The notes beneath the pieces were generated by a model. It saw nothing but the letters and a program-made list of their open reading frames with translations, was not told the DNA's origin and ran no database searches. Below are positions 14,040 to 28,530 of a stretch of DNA of 64,000 nt, one piece after another. The number at the start of each line of letters is the position of its first letter. Position 1 is the first letter of the stretch. Made by a program: the position numbers and the translations under genes. This stretch comes from Trichoplax adhaerens (Eukaryota > Animalia > Placozoa): assembly GCF_000150275.1 (NCBI RefSeq), contig NW_002060961.1:682568-746567 (forward strand), given 5' to 3'.

Positions 14040-14230
14040 ATTGATAATTTAATGTACGGTACTATAGCATTGAATAGCATTAACACAAATAAATAATTCA
14101 ATCCATTAATTTAAATTAATTATGACTGATTGACATGTACCGTAAGTAAAATAGTCATGGACGGGCTACCATGTGCATAGTTGTTCATTGTACGGTATAC
14201 GGTCTAAAATTTTTTCGCGCCCAAGTAGAC
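14040..14230 (+). promoter_or_regulatory. Candidate promoter: E2F-consensus site TTTCGCGC(CC) at 14213-14222 plus three TAC[CG]GTA palindromes
   Basis: Local CpG enrichment; TACGGTA at 14055, TACCGTA at 14138, TACGGTA at 14191; a candidate donor CAG|GTATAG lies downstream at 14501. Function is inferred. Confidence 0.35.
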
Positions 14231-15792
14231 ATCCCGTCCCAATTCTTAACGTTTTTTTGATTACAATGTTTAATTTATATGAGTGCGAATGGATTTAAAG
14301 TCTATTTGATAACGTAGCTATTCTCATATCGATCTAGCTCCTTTAAATATATCTAAATCTTCTATTTTTGTATTTGTATTAGTCCCCTCGGTTTTCAAAT
14401 CGAGTTACTTATCTTGAGTTCGTGGCATTTTTTTCGATTAATGCACTTCAGATACAAAGGAATGCAATAACTTTAAACATTGATAATATAATTACGTCAG
14501 GTATAGTAAGGTTATTTTATCTTGACTATAAGGACAATATTGATTTTATCCAGCACAGACTTTAACGGTAAAGTAGAAGCATTTTAATGGTGTAAATTAC
14601 AATGTTATTTTGATGACTATTTATCATTTTTGTGTTGTTCAATGATAATATACTATATTATCAATTTTATTGATGATCAAGTTAATCAATCATTTTACTT
14701 TGAATATCGTCTTCATTTCAATGCTGTCAATGCCTAAAATCAATTAATAACCGTCTATTACCGATGCCCATCTGTTGCTTATCTTATTGTTCACAAACTT
14801 GACAATACAATCTAGCATAACGATTGTATTTTTCAATAATGACGAGTTATCTTAATGACTTTATCTAATGATTTTAGCGTCATCTCATTGATCCTTTAAA
14901 GACGTCCATATAATTCTATCTATCATCAGACATGAATAGAAGTTAGCGATAAACATCGATCTATTGTCTTTATCTAACATGATTGTTTCTTAATGAACAA
15001 CATATTGAGAGTCACACGTTCTTAATTGGAATTACCAAATAATATGAAAATAATATGATAGAGATATTAATTTTCTATGAAGTGATGATCATTTTCAGAT
15101 AGGATAAAGTAACATTGAAATTATCAAACTTGATAGTCACAGTACGTTAAGATTATGTAAATGAGAAGAATGAACTTCATTATTTTTAGTGCATACAATC
15201 AGCCTTTAGATAGGATGGTGTGATCTCAAAAAAGAAAAGATCGGTTGTGATGGAAGTTAATTGCTATTCTTTCAATCTATCAAAGGTTAATTGGCATTAG
15301 ATCACTGCTAATTAGTTATCATTCAAGGCCTTTCTAGTGAATAAAATGAATACTGTATATTATTGCGAACTTAGGCTAATACTTTAACTTGCAACTTTCT
15401 TAATTTTTATAGGTTATTTAATCTATTAGCGAGATTAGCCGTGAGTGATTTGTTTCAGTAATATAAAATAAATACTAACAATTTTGCTCCGTATGCGTCT
15501 ACTCATCATGGATACAATTACAGTATATGATTATGACCAAAAATTCATATCTTTCGTAGTCGTGTCTTAACTATTACATTTTCAAATTTTAATAGCCGTT
15601 ATTAGAATAGTAGTTACCGCGTCCTAGTATAATTTAAGTCATAAACTTTATGCTTGATCAACCGTCGTCTTATGATAATTTACTATTATTGAACCTATTT
15701 TCTGCTTTGTTCTACGACAATAAAGTCTATTGATAGTGACAGCATTGATACGATTTAGAAAGGAATAAAATGTATTTCCTTCATGATTGCTT

Positions 15793-16008
15793 TATCATGA
15801 TATAATATTCTCTGTCTACATATTTGACCCTAATTTAGAGTGTATAATTGAATTATTCGATCTTAAATAATGGTGAAACTATAGGAATATTTTCTTTATA
15901 ATAACTATGTCATCGTATAATATTCGTATACTGTCTGGTTATTTGGTCTTAATTTGAGAGTGCATAAACTGACAGATTCGATCTCAAATAACAGTAAAAC
16001 TAAATAAG
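15793..16008. repeat. Two-copy direct duplication, ~115 bp unit
   Basis: TATAATATTC..CTGTCT..TATTTG..CTAATTT.GAGTG.ATAA..ATTCGATCT.AAATAA..GT.AAACTA occurs at about 15800 and about 15916. Confidence 0.7.
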
Positions 16009-18869
16009 ATGATTAGCCATAAAATTTACCATTATATTGTTATAGTTAGTACACCTACTAATACCGTTGCGGTAGATTTCACTTTATCTACTAAAGTTTC
16101 TTTCAATCTTGCTTAAAGATGGGGACCCTATTCAATATCTTAAACAGCTAATCATTTTTTCCGTAGAAATAAAGATAAAACAAATGTATGCTTCAAGCCA
16201 TGGCACCTTATAAAAATGACAATGATAATACGTCAAAGTAATAAAATCTCAAGCTGTAGACAAACACACCGTTGGACATAAGTTGGTCATGAAGTGCTAG
16301 CGGTTATGAAGTTGAACAGGATATTATTTTTTAATTATATCATTTAGGCTCATTCAGTACACTACATGGATAGTGATATATCAGGATAACTTATTGTTTT
16401 GCTATTAACTTAAAAAGGACCATTCTAAGTTTTTAGCTTTAACTGCTTAACATTGATAACAAGAATTATCTACTCATTCATTTTGTAATATCTGCATTCC
16501 TAAATGGATCGAATGATTACAACAGTAACCAATGTTTGTACCTTAAACTGTGATTCATTTCGAATATATAATAGAAAGAAATCTAGCTTTTGATACCAAA
16601 TGTTAATAATTCGGAATATCTACAAGGTTTTTATTAATCGATATAGCAGTCCAATCTAGATTAGATAATTATTTGTAATTGTTAATATATGCTAGAAGAA
16701 AATAGATAATATGTATACATGAAACTATATCAAGTACTCGTATACACTATGTTTGCTAGTAAAGTATAGAAGAATTTTGAGATCTTATAGATTCTAGTTA
16801 TAGTTAAAAGTCGATAGTCAAGATTCAGTTTTGCCTCTTCTTTAATGCAGGAATGACTGAGGATAATGAGACAGTTAACAGGAGTTATATTTGCTTTGCA
16901 TTTATTAAGAAATGATTTTAAGCTGTTATAACTATTACACTTTACCTGAAAATGTCATTTACGGTAAAAGTACGTGCGATGGTCATTTAAAATATATTTA
17001 AAATTTTGGCCTAGATGAAATCAGAGTATTTTGGTCAATAAAGATAATGATGTTTATTATAGCCGCTACGATAGTTGCTGCAAGCGTTATTGTCTTATGA
17101 AAATTAAGTTGTAAGTACGTATTTAAAACTCATGGCACTGTAATCTACTGAATGACATTATAGACACTTGGTTTACTTTCATTATGCGACCACTTATAAA
17201 TCTCGCTTAGATTTATTATACTGTAGTTAGCCATAATTGCATATATTAGTTATAATTTAAATTATACATGTAAGAGCCTTTCTATCAAATATTACGATCT
17301 TGAAGACTTTAGTTTCCGTACCATAAACTGAGAAATGGCAAGTTTTATGCCAAACAGTTAGTTTCTAAATCGTAGATTATAACCTTAGTCCAGGTTTCAA
17401 ATTGATATGCTATTACCCAAATTCCTGCTGAATCGCTATTTACATCCGGATGAAATCTTGAATATTCTAATTTGCAGACTTTATATCTTTAACTGTACTG
17501 AATAAAATTCTTATTTGAAAGATTATCACCCCATAAATCTAATACTAACTTTCAATATACATCTTTTTAGTCTCTTTCTACGTTGAAGCTTTAAAAAACC
17601 GCCATATTATGGATATACTTTCAATCTGCGAGTGCTAAATTCTTTATAAGACTAATTAGAAGCTATAAACTAAATATTACTTTCTAGGTATAATATCGAA
17701 TGTAATATGAATTCATAATAGAATAGATTGATGGGTAATATGGGTATTTATAAACAATGACGCTTAAATATTTTCTCTTACCTGAGTTAATAGATTTATA
17801 AAGTATTTTAATACAAGATTTTACACTTACTATCTATAAATATAGTATTTAATCTATGAGTTGTGCATGATTACAGCTGCATAGAGTATTTAAAGAGATT
17901 GAGTTATCTCTAAGTTTTAGAGATAGCACCATCAATATTGTTGCGATTAGATATAGAATAAGCGCTCAATTATGAGCTGTAAGATGTGATATTACTACGT
18001 TTACCGAAATTCGAAGCATACTGTATCATTTTATGTTGGCACAAAGGATCATCAATTGCCCTAATTTTTCTTTATAAGAGATGATTTAATGCCGCATTAG
18101 ATTTAGAAAGATATAAAATTATTTAAAAATAGTTACTATACTAGTACAAGAGAAACGCTTTATCATGCAATTGAGATGTATGATGAGAAAAGAACAACAT
18201 TGCGTTGAAGAAATTCCTTGAACTAGAGACTCTTTCCAAACTATCCCTTTCATATTATGATATCATAACTGTAGGTATTGTTGGCTAGGATAACTCAACG
18301 AATAGAAGATGATAGAAAGAAAAGCACTGAAGAGAATTGACTTTAAAGATGAAAGAACTATTCAATTTGCTATTCACTGTTTAAAATAATTGTTGTTTCT
18401 ATTTAATGAGTGCCTGAAAGTATCATTCTTGTAACAATCTTCCTTGTACTATTTTAATTCCTTCAGAGATTCCCTCATTACAGTATTTATTTGTGTGATA
18501 AGAGGTGGAAGTATCCTTGATAGAAATAAGCATATCATGATAAATGTAGCCCTAAATGAAAATCTTCGATACAAATATTGTTTAGATTATCAATTGCTCT
18601 ATTAATCCAATGCAGTGTACAGATTAAATTGCAATACTTTTCATGTAACCATTCTTTTACCCTCTTCATATTATCCTCAATATTCAGAATATGGGTATTA
18701 CATATAATGCATTTACAAATGCGATTTAGCTTATCAAACGCTTTTTTTATCTAGTTCAGTCCGTAGTGCAATTGTAATATTTTAAATATAGAAATATCAG
18801 CGACGTATAAGTCAGTGTCTGGGTATTATATAAACATCAATGCGACTTAGTTTGTTATTTGAATTTTTC

Positions 18870-19620
18870 ATGTATCTCAGTCTATAGATCAAGTTGGAAA
18901 TTCGTTTTATTACGGAAATTCTGTTGTTCTTCCTCCCTTTATTTTGCCAGGATATCAATCTATAGCATAGTATAAACAAAATGGGTTAAGGTTATCATTT
19001 GCGCATTTTTGATCTGCCTTAGTTTAGAGATCAAGTTGCAGCAATTTTAGTACAGAAATTCTATGATATTGCCGATAATAACGAATATTAGGATTTGGAT
19101 AGGTGATATATCAATCATTTCTATCTACATCAGAACAAGTTGAACTTTGAACTATTTTTTTTTAATACGGAAATTCTACGGCACTAACTCTATTAGCAAA
19201 TATCAGAATATGGATATGATACTTAATCATTACGATCTACATCGGTCTACAGATCAATTTGTAGTAATATTAAAACCAGAAATTTTATAGTACTGTCTAT
19301 AGTAACGAATGGCAGGATATAAACATGATTTCAATTATTTATATCTACTTCGGCCCACAGATCAAAATGGTCGTGATTTTAATCTAGAAATTATACGATA
19401 TTGTCTATATTAACGAATATCAAAGTATGGACATGATGTTCAAGCATTTCTATCTGGTCGATCTTCAGTCTACAGATCAAATTGGTAGTCATTTTAATAT
19501 CGAAATTTTGATGATGTTGATATTTAACGAATATCAGGATTAAGATACGATATTCAATGGTTTCTATCTACTTCAATGTACGGATCAAGTTTTTTTACTT
19601 ATATGATCGAAATTCCATTC
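18870..19620. repeat. Degenerate minisatellite, mostly ~108-115 bp units, about 7 copies
   Basis: Recurrent TCTAC(T/A)TCGGTCTACAGATCAA..TTTTAATA..GAAATT..TAACGAATATCAGGATATGGA.ATGAT.TTCAA; a partial copy lies at about 19750-19815. Confidence 0.85.
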
Positions 19621-22176
19621 ACTTGCGCGATAACCACCAAGTCAGGGTTTTAAACGTTTGTACTTTTGTATAAATTGATTGTGGTTAAGACTATTATTTG
19701 GCCGTATTTTTTTTATTATTTACTTGTACAGAACAATTTTCACTATTTATATAGATCCATTCATTGTATTGAATTCTCGATGTTAACAAAGGTTAGTACA
19801 TGGACATGATATTTATCTTGAGGATACAAAGTACGCCATTAAAATCAGATCAATGATTATAATAAGTAGTTATAGTACAACAAGTGAAGGAACCACAGTT
19901 CAATTTCACTTCATTTTCTCGTTTCAATATTTGTTATGTATTTTCGATAGTAATGACGATGATGAATAAGGCATTACATCGATTGCATAATTATTATGTA
20001 ATTTCACTTGTAGGTTATTGACTCATGGTTTGAAGGTGTAAATTAAAATAAAAGGAAAGAGGCATAATAGATCATGGAGCTAGTTAAGATCAAGACAATC
20101 AAGATTGAACAAAAGGAGAGACAAGAAGAATAAAATGGAACAGTTGTATCTAGATATTTTATTAAGTTATTGTTGATAGTGGATACAATAGTTTGCCTAA
20201 GGCTATTATTGTCCCCAGCCAGACTATTACGGTCATTAGGATAAGGGATAGCAATTGTAGCCTAGCATGCTAATTGGATTGTATCAATTCTTGGAAAAGT
20301 AAATGCTAGTCAGAATGTCAACAAGATGGATAATTTAATGGAAGTTATCAAAAAATAAATACATTGAGGAGAGGATGAGTATTTGTTATTCATTGATGGC
20401 CAAGTCGTTTTGGTTATAGAATGATATCAATGATGATGATGTAGTTATCGGTATTGGCAAAAAGAATATATAGAGATAGATGAAAGGGGAAGAAATTGCC
20501 CTCTAGTTGAATTGATGATGGCTTGTATAGCTTGTTATTGAACAATTAGTCTACATCGTATAGGCAGTAGGTGGGTAGAAAGGATAGTGCTTATTGTTAA
20601 CGATAACCCACCCTGTTCTCTTCCATCTCCACCTCCTTCTTCAATAATTTCTTTCGCATTTTATGTCATGTACTAGATGTCGACCTTTTCCTCTTGTCAT
20701 CATTAATAGCCTACTACAGATCATTGATTCTTATTCATATTATTTATTTTACTTGAAAGAGATAGTCATTGGTTAACATCCATCTGTTATTTTTTTCAAT
20801 CACTTTATTTCAATTTTGTCAATAAAATCAAATTCCAAGCATTGATTAAACAAAGCTAAAGACAGTGAGGGGGAAAAAAAAAGGATACCAAATGACAGGC
20901 TGTTGTAACTCTGTAAATCTCTATCAGGCGATATTCCATTTGAATCTATTTCTATCGTACCTTAATGATGAACTGAAAAAGTCATCTTTCCCTCTTTTTG
21001 GGGATTCATATTTGACGCTCAACTCTTGTTTTCTTTTCTTTTCTCTTCCTGCTAGCATGCAATAGTGATATTATCGTAAGGTACATGATGGCCATGATCT
21101 TATCACTTGAACTGCCACCTTTTTAATTGCATTGATATTGTCTCAACTATTTTCTCTTCGGGTTCACGTCTAAAATAGAGTGCAGTGATGCTTAGGATAT
21201 GATAGGCATAGTCCTCTTTTATTTCATATGGAAAGTATTTTTTCTTCCTGCTTTGATCGAAATTAGAGTTATGTCATAGTAAGGGCATCATGGTGATATT
21301 ACCCAATTGAATAGTCTCGATGGCTATGCTAACCCTTATTGGTAGTAAATGTAAGGATAAGCGATTTTAAAAATCAATTGAATCAGCCATGACTATGAAC
21401 GTTTTCTTTTTCACCCCGTTCCCCTTCTCTTCTTCAAATCAATGAATGGCAAAAAATGCCCCAATTTCAAATCAGAAAGATCAATAACGTATTGATACGA
21501 CTAAAGTATGCTCCTAGAAGAATGGCGGCGATGATTGATCGCGTATTTCTATCCAGATTGTCTTGATCGTAGTATTTATGGCGCAATTGAGGTTACTGTC
21601 GGTATACTGAAATGATATACCACGCGTTGCTAATGCTAGCTAGGATTGGCATAATAAAAGATGCAAAGTAGGCCATGATGATGCCTAAATGCGTTCCAAT
21701 AGATCGACAAGGAAAATGGAAAGGATGATAACTACCTATTTTGAATATCATAGCCATATTGTCTGCTCAAATTGGCTAACTTCATTACGCCAATTAGTCA
21801 TGATCTGCTAAATGGAAATCAATGTGGATATTAGGAAGAAAGGGATGGAAAAGAATAGGGCAAAAAGAATACATAACAAATGTATCCATTGTTAATCAAC
21901 TGTTGTTTAAACATGGCGGCACAAATAACTGCAATATTGTTATCATCTTTGTGGTCATGACACTTGTGTATTGTACTCCATTCTACATCAGTTCTCATTT
22001 GCTTGAATCATTTGCACATTACTCGCTCAATTAAGCGTGACTATTTGAGCAAGAGGTAGGACTATGATGTAGGAGTTTAGCAGAGTAAGAATGCCCATCG
22101 TTGAATGCTTAATTAATGCCTAGATAAATGGCGCATCTGTTTTCCGATAGCTTGAATTTGATCAGCTATTGCAAGC

Positions 22177-22202
22177 AGAGAGAGAGAGAGAGAGAGAGAG
22201 AG
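22177..22202. repeat. (AG)n microsatellite
   Basis: About 13 perfect AG units. Confidence 0.95.
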
Positions 22203-23484
22203 TTTCAAAAATTACAAATCAAGATGTAGCCTGCAGAATATGATCTACAAGCATACGATATCTAGCTGATGATGATCAATTCTGTTGTGCCTCGATTGCA
22301 TTTTCCATCTCTCCAAGCTAGCTTATCATGTAGCTTAAGTTTTGACTGTAGAGGCATTGAGGCAGAAAACTTTGTAATAAGATTGTTCTAGATAGGATAT
22401 ATCTCCTTTTTAATCGTACTATGCCAACATGAGTGATCATCATAGGAATTCTTATTTTTCTCTGTCTTCTTGACCATTTTTTTTCTCCCTATCTTTTTAT
22501 TCATATAGCTTATAAAAATAGACGAGGTCATTGAAATGCCTGGCCTCTTTAATACAACATGTAGTATCCTATTTTATTCCCTTTCTTACCAAATACAATC
22601 AATCTTGAGATAATTATCCCAGGGGTTAATGTTTCTTCTTGCCAGCTCGATAAATTAAATTGATGAGGAATACTCCATGATACTAGATGATACTATCCAC
22701 ATTAGAAGCAGATAGTATTGGTCAATGATAAAATTGAAGGAGCTAAAGCCAATCTTTCTATCATTGATTACTTGCAGTTTTCTTCTTCATGTTATTACCT
22801 TTACCTTTTTTATACCTCGCCTTGAAGATGGAATTTGGATACTAACTTTCAATCAATCATTTCAGTCCTACCATTTATCTTGATTGATATGATATCAATC
22901 ATGGTCCAGATCGATCATCTGCTAATGTATCATGATGAAGTGGATAGAAATTGGCTAAAACTGATTGATCCACTAGCATGCCAAGATTTCTTTATTCCAT
23001 TGAAGAAATCCATTCAGTTCAATACTATCAAATGCTATTTATCCCCATCACAACGACATGGTTTGTTAGTTCGTGATAAGAGGGTCCTCTAGTCGGTTAT
23101 CCTACACCAAGCAATGGCAGAACTCTGACTCATGGTAGACTAGCATAGACAAATTTATTTCAATTGAAAGACAGCAGCTAGTCTGTATTGAGGAATCGAT
23201 GTGATTTTTTTTTTCTACAGCTGATGGGAATCTGAAGAATAATTGGAAATAAAATGACTTGTATCATGAATAGGTTTTGAAAGCCCTAAAGTTCGCAATC
23301 TGCAAATTGGAGTTCTTAAAATAGAGCCAATCTCCAATAAGGCCTACATTAATGCATATAGTACGAATAGGACAAGGCACCCTTCCAGCTATCCTGTATA
23401 AACGACTATTGTAGATGGTTGAACTCCATTACTTTACTGTAGAATTGTTAACATATGGATATGATCACTTATTGCATCTTGTGG

Positions 23485-23790
23485 ACGAGGATAGACATGT
23501 TGATTTGAATTGAAAGAGAGCAACCGGTTTTGCGGGAAAAGGTTACCTGATTTTTGCATAGGAGTCTAGGAGATAGAAATGTGTGATGATGAAAGGAATT
23601 GAATAATTTATGTTGGACTAGGATTGATTTAAATTGGAAGAGAGCAACTCGTCTACTGGATAACATCGACCATAACCTACAGTCGATGCAAATATGCAAA
23701 GAAATTGAAGTAACTTATGTCATCTTTGGACTAAGTTGGACAGTAGATTTCAATTCTAAGAGAGCCACTAGCTTACAAGACATGATTGAT
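23485..23790. repeat. Degenerate tandem repeat, ~122 bp period, 3 copies
   Basis: GGAC..GATTT.AATT..AAGAGAGC.AC recurs at about 23490, 23612 and 23735. Confidence 0.7.
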
Positions 23791-24095
23791 TGATTGCTTT
23801 TTCTCCACTTCATAGAAATAGTCATCGTCGTCATAGAGAATAGATTCCATAGTTGGAATTCATGGTAGGAGGCCGAAAGAAGAGAAGTAAAATATGGATA
23901 AAAGGTTTGTTTTTATCGTCTTTCATTTTTTTGCAATGCTTGAATGGCGATGAGGTGTAAGGGATAGGAAAGACAATAGTCAAGTTGAAAAAGAGTTAAC
24001 TATTGTCCATTAGCGCATATGATTAAGCAAAAGATTGAAAAGAATATTTGATTTGAATGGAGGACAAAGTCTTAATCAATGAAGATTGTTCAAAT

Positions 24096-24103
24096 AGAGA
24101 GCG

Positions 24104-24174
<71 letters not shown>

Positions 24175-24186
24175 AAGAGAGAGAGA
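24096..24186. repeat. (GA)n microsatellite, about 90 bp
   Basis: Long GA run with few interruptions; it explains the spurious ER- and SL-repeat ORFs in the track. Confidence 0.95.
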
Positions 24187-27100
24187 AAGGCCAAATGGAT
24201 GATGTCAATAAGAAGGCTAGTGTACCAAGTGAATGATGATGGAGAGAAAGAGAGAGTAGGTCTACATGGACAATGAAAAGAAGCTAGAGAAGGCCAATCC
24301 TTTGATCTCCTTTTTCTCCAATTAATTGAATACATTATGCATGATTTGTTACTATAACAACTTATTCTGTAAGCTTTGAATATTTCTACTTGATTGCCAA
24401 TATTGACAGTTATGTTAATTGGCTGGAGCCTTTTCTCTTTATCCCATTTTTTGTCTGTCCCCTAAGACACAGTGAGTACAAATGACAAAACAACTTAAGT
24501 AAAAAGTAAAAGGGAAGAGTTGGCTTTCAAGGATAGGCTAACTGATTGCCAGACACATTAAGTGAATCAAGAAGCGTTCATGGTCGTTTCGCTGCATAGA
24601 AAAGAAGAAAATCAAGCCCCAAAACAACAACAAGCAGGTAAGAACATGCTAGTCGACTATCAAGAAAGTCAACTATTGATGGAGACGATTTAATGCACGA
24701 CGGAAATAATTGACATTATTGCTCTATCAATCTGCTATTTAATTTTCAAGCAATCATCTTTCAGCCGTTATGGATGAATCTTTTTCTATAGGGGAATGAT
24801 CCATTTTCCATTCCCCATCTCTTGCCAAATTAGTCTTTTTCAACACTTTTCAACATGTCTTGATTACCAGTAGCGGAATAATCTCTTTTTCAAAAGGATC
24901 AATCTCTACGCTATTTCCTCTCGATTGAACCATTTGAAAAATTACTTTTCTTCTGTCTGTATGTGTATAAGAGTTGTTGGTCCATTTGCAATCCATCTAC
25001 CATGCAATCATGTGATTGATTCTTGTCGTCTTGAATAGAAGAGGAAAATGGCGATCGCATTTGTTTAATATTTGATCGAGTTAAGGACAAGCATTGATTT
25101 CCGCATGAACTCTATTGAATTGTTGTTGATTTGAACAAGCCATGGATGATGGGTTGCTTTTGCATATTCTACCTTAGCTTAATGATCGTATCGGATAGGA
25201 GAATGGAAAATGAAATATGTAACATAGAAGCAAGAATTGGATAAGAGGGATGATTGACAAAGTATCGAAACAACTTGCTCCTTCAAGAATGATTCCCTTG
25301 ACTGGAGAGAAACAATTTATGATTGCTTAGATGGTAGTAAGAAAGCATGAGGATAGGAGAAATGATCGAGTTGTAAATCTTCAACTACAATAAAGAAAAA
25401 AATCCAATCGACGAGGCTAATATCAGTTCATCATAAACCGCTTTGATGTTTTTAACACCATGTTCAATCGTTGTATTAAGTTAACAGATAGAATTAAGCA
25501 TTGTATTGCTTATTATTGATTATTTTCAATGTCAAGTGAAATCATTTGAACATTGTGATGGGACAATTTTCTATAGATACAACATTCTAATTTAGAAGTA
25601 ATTAACAACCATCAGGTTTTGAAATGGATTCAAAGTAGTTCAAATTTCTCCCCCCCCAAACTAATACCAGCTTGAAGTAAAGATTCCTTCTAGGGATGAA
25701 ACTATTCATATCCAATTAGCCCTGTAAGATTGAAAAAGAACCTGTAGACGTAGGTGGTTATTTTAGTGGTCGGATAGATAAAAAAAAATGGCCAGCCCCC
25801 CCCCCCAAAAAACATCCATTATGAACAGAATTGATCATGGATGTTTTCGAATCTAAATTCATTTTCATACGTTACTCGATCAAAGTTGTACAAATTATTA
25901 CTGAAAGTCAAGATAGGATCGATTCTTTTAGCTAGAAAAGGAAAATTGACAGAGTACCGTAGTCCACAAGCAAGAGAAGTTTCTAACAAGAATTGCTCAA
26001 CAGACAGCATAGAAAGAGAGATATTTTTAAGAGCGGGACTTTTTTTTTCCTTCTTATCAATGATCGAGATTGATGATCTGATTTAGAAAGCCCGTTAATG
26101 TAATTATTCGTCGATTGGATAAAAGTCCACCATAATCTTGACTTCCTTTCATAGTGTTCAAGATTAAAGGACAAACTGATGTTGATATCGATCATTAAAA
26201 TTAAAGTAGTTGGTGATAATAGCTTGAATATTCCATCATTTGTTGAAGGAGATATCCCCAAATAACACTCGTTTAGGCCAAATCTTTTCCTTTCAACGGT
26301 TGAATATTAAAAGTAAAAGACGGTCCAGATGGGATTCCTAATTTTCTTTTCAGTCGTTTTGTGACTTGTTGATCAGCTATGATTTTAAGATCTAGGCAAG
26401 AAAATTCCTTTTTTCCCCCTCCTTCCATTATTGGCCCTTTGATGCATCACTGTTTACGGAAAAAATAGAAAAATCAACCATTTTGGTACATTGAATTTGG
26501 AGTTAAAGCCATTTTAAAGTTATTTAACTTGAGTGATTCAATTATTCCTTGAATAATTTCCTTTTTTTTTTCATGAGTTGAATTGAATTCATTACCGAAC
26601 AAGTTCAATAGGAATGGTGTCTTTCATGCAATAGTATTTAGCACGTTGAAGTAAGCAAGCATCAAAATAGTGTTATAATAAATAGAAAGTCTTGCCGCTT
26701 GCAAGGTCTTCCACTGTAGATTAGCTCATCATGACTTGAAAAATTAGTTTGAATATTGAAACATGCAACTGATTTTCATTTTCTTCCATTTTATCCATTC
26801 GCCCGATTCTTCTATCGTGTGCAATGGACAGATTGGATCTTTTTTTACCACTTGTCATCAATTGTGCATCAAGCAATTTTGTGCAAATACGACAGTTTTT
26901 GATGTTTAAAAATGTAATCAATCTCTTTAGAAATGATCCTTTTTTCTCTCCAAGCTGCCATTTATACCCACTATGGGTCATTAGAAAATCATTTTATACA
27001 GAGAATACAGTACATTAGTTTTTAATTTTTTATTGGTAAAGTAAATAGATTGGGATACAGAAGAGCGACTTGTAATTGTTTCTAATTTTTTAATTTTCAA

Positions 27101-28194
27101 TGCGTCTAGAAAGGTATTTCAATCTGTCTTGCTTTCCATTTTCTTTGAGATTATGATACTGCTGCAATTTCCATATGCAGGAATCATTTTCCTCGGTCGA
27201 TTGGACGTTGATTATTTAGACTAACTTAAAAATAGCCAATATGAAAAAAGGAATTCCATTCCATTCGTCAACAACGTGGAGTAGATAGAGTAGGGAGGAT
27301 AAAGTTGCTTGAAGATCAATTTTGACCGAGTTAGGCTATATATCAATGCAGTCGTCTCGTAAGCCCAGCACTAAAAAATACTAACATCAACTGGACAGCA
27401 TACTGATATTCCGGTTATTTGTCAACAGGAAATTGATGTTTAATACTACTAATTTCCAGTTTTACACTTAGATTTTTGTAGCATAATCGTCCATAGAATA
27501 GAGCAATGAAATCAAGGAAATCACCTTCGATTGCTAGTAAAGTCCCAATCATTGATTCTCTCTATGCTAGTCAAAGAAATAATCGTCTTCAATGTTTTTG
27601 TGCTAGTTGCACTATCCTTCTTTCACCAATACCTTCATGAAAGTAGAGCTAAAACATCTTTTCATTCGAGAATACATTAGTATTGACCATTTGCAAGGAT
27701 ATTGGCAGCGGAGATTGCTTTACTTCTTGATCATGAGTGCAAAAATGATAGCTGAAAGGAATATCGATCCAGTTATAGGGGATAAATTAGAGATGAACTG
27801 GAAAACTATTCCTCACTCTTTACATACTTTTTATCGTGGCAAAATGGGCATGGACTTCAAGGTTATTAATAGTCTTCTATTGCTATTTTTTCGCATCGTT
27901 GTATACTCCTAGCATAGCGATAAAACCTTAATATTTCATCGTTATTCTTTGTCCCTTCTGCTGAGAAAAAGTGAATTTCATTATAGTAAAATACAGTCCA
28001 TCCGAACAAGAAAGTAGAGGATGCTCTGATCTATTGAATGATATTCACTATCTGTATTCCATATCGATCTATTCTATCCCGGAAAGACTATTTCCATTTC
28101 CTCATTGCTACAGGGGAACTTTTCACTTTTAAGACAGTACATTAAAGTATCTCTACTATGTCTACTTCTTGATTATTATCACCACTTTCCACTT

Positions 28195-28530
28195 GAATCA
28201 AGGCAAGGAGAGTATCCAGGTACATTTCCGTACTTCTGTCTTCTCAGAAGTCTTCAATGTCCAAAGGGAATTATTTACATATCAAGACAGAGGCAAGCAC
28301 CAAGTTTACTTATTTTCATCTATCACCCAAATTTTCAAATTATCGACAGAGAAAATTATTTCATACCAAAACTTTACAATGTTAAGATAGAAGAGGGTAT
28401 CCAGGTGCATTTCCTTACTTTTAAGCTTACAGAACTCTATATTATCGAGAGAGGAAATTATTTTCATATCAGAACTTTTCAATGTTAAGATAGAAGAGGG
28501 TATCCAGGTACATTTCCCTACTTTTATGCT
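28195..28530. repeat. Tandem repeat, ~80-104 bp units, 3-4 copies
   Basis: GTATCCAGGT(A/G)CATTTCC.TACTT occurs at about 28212, 28397 and 28500; 28340-28425 and 28441-28528 are closely similar ~100 bp units. Confidence 0.85.

Noticed and set aside
17903-17927. 11-bp hairpin GTTATCTCTAA-GTT-TTAGAGATAGC
   Set aside because: A short AT-rich inverted repeat is expected by chance in 64 kb; no MITE target-site duplication or Helitron end context was seen.
24023-24335. ORFs with ER- and SL-dipeptide runs
   Set aside because: Artefacts of the (GA)n microsatellite.
28105-28488. 127-aa ORF with internal repeat
   Set aside because: It lies over the ~100 bp tandem repeat, has a non-ATG start and shows no recognisable domain.
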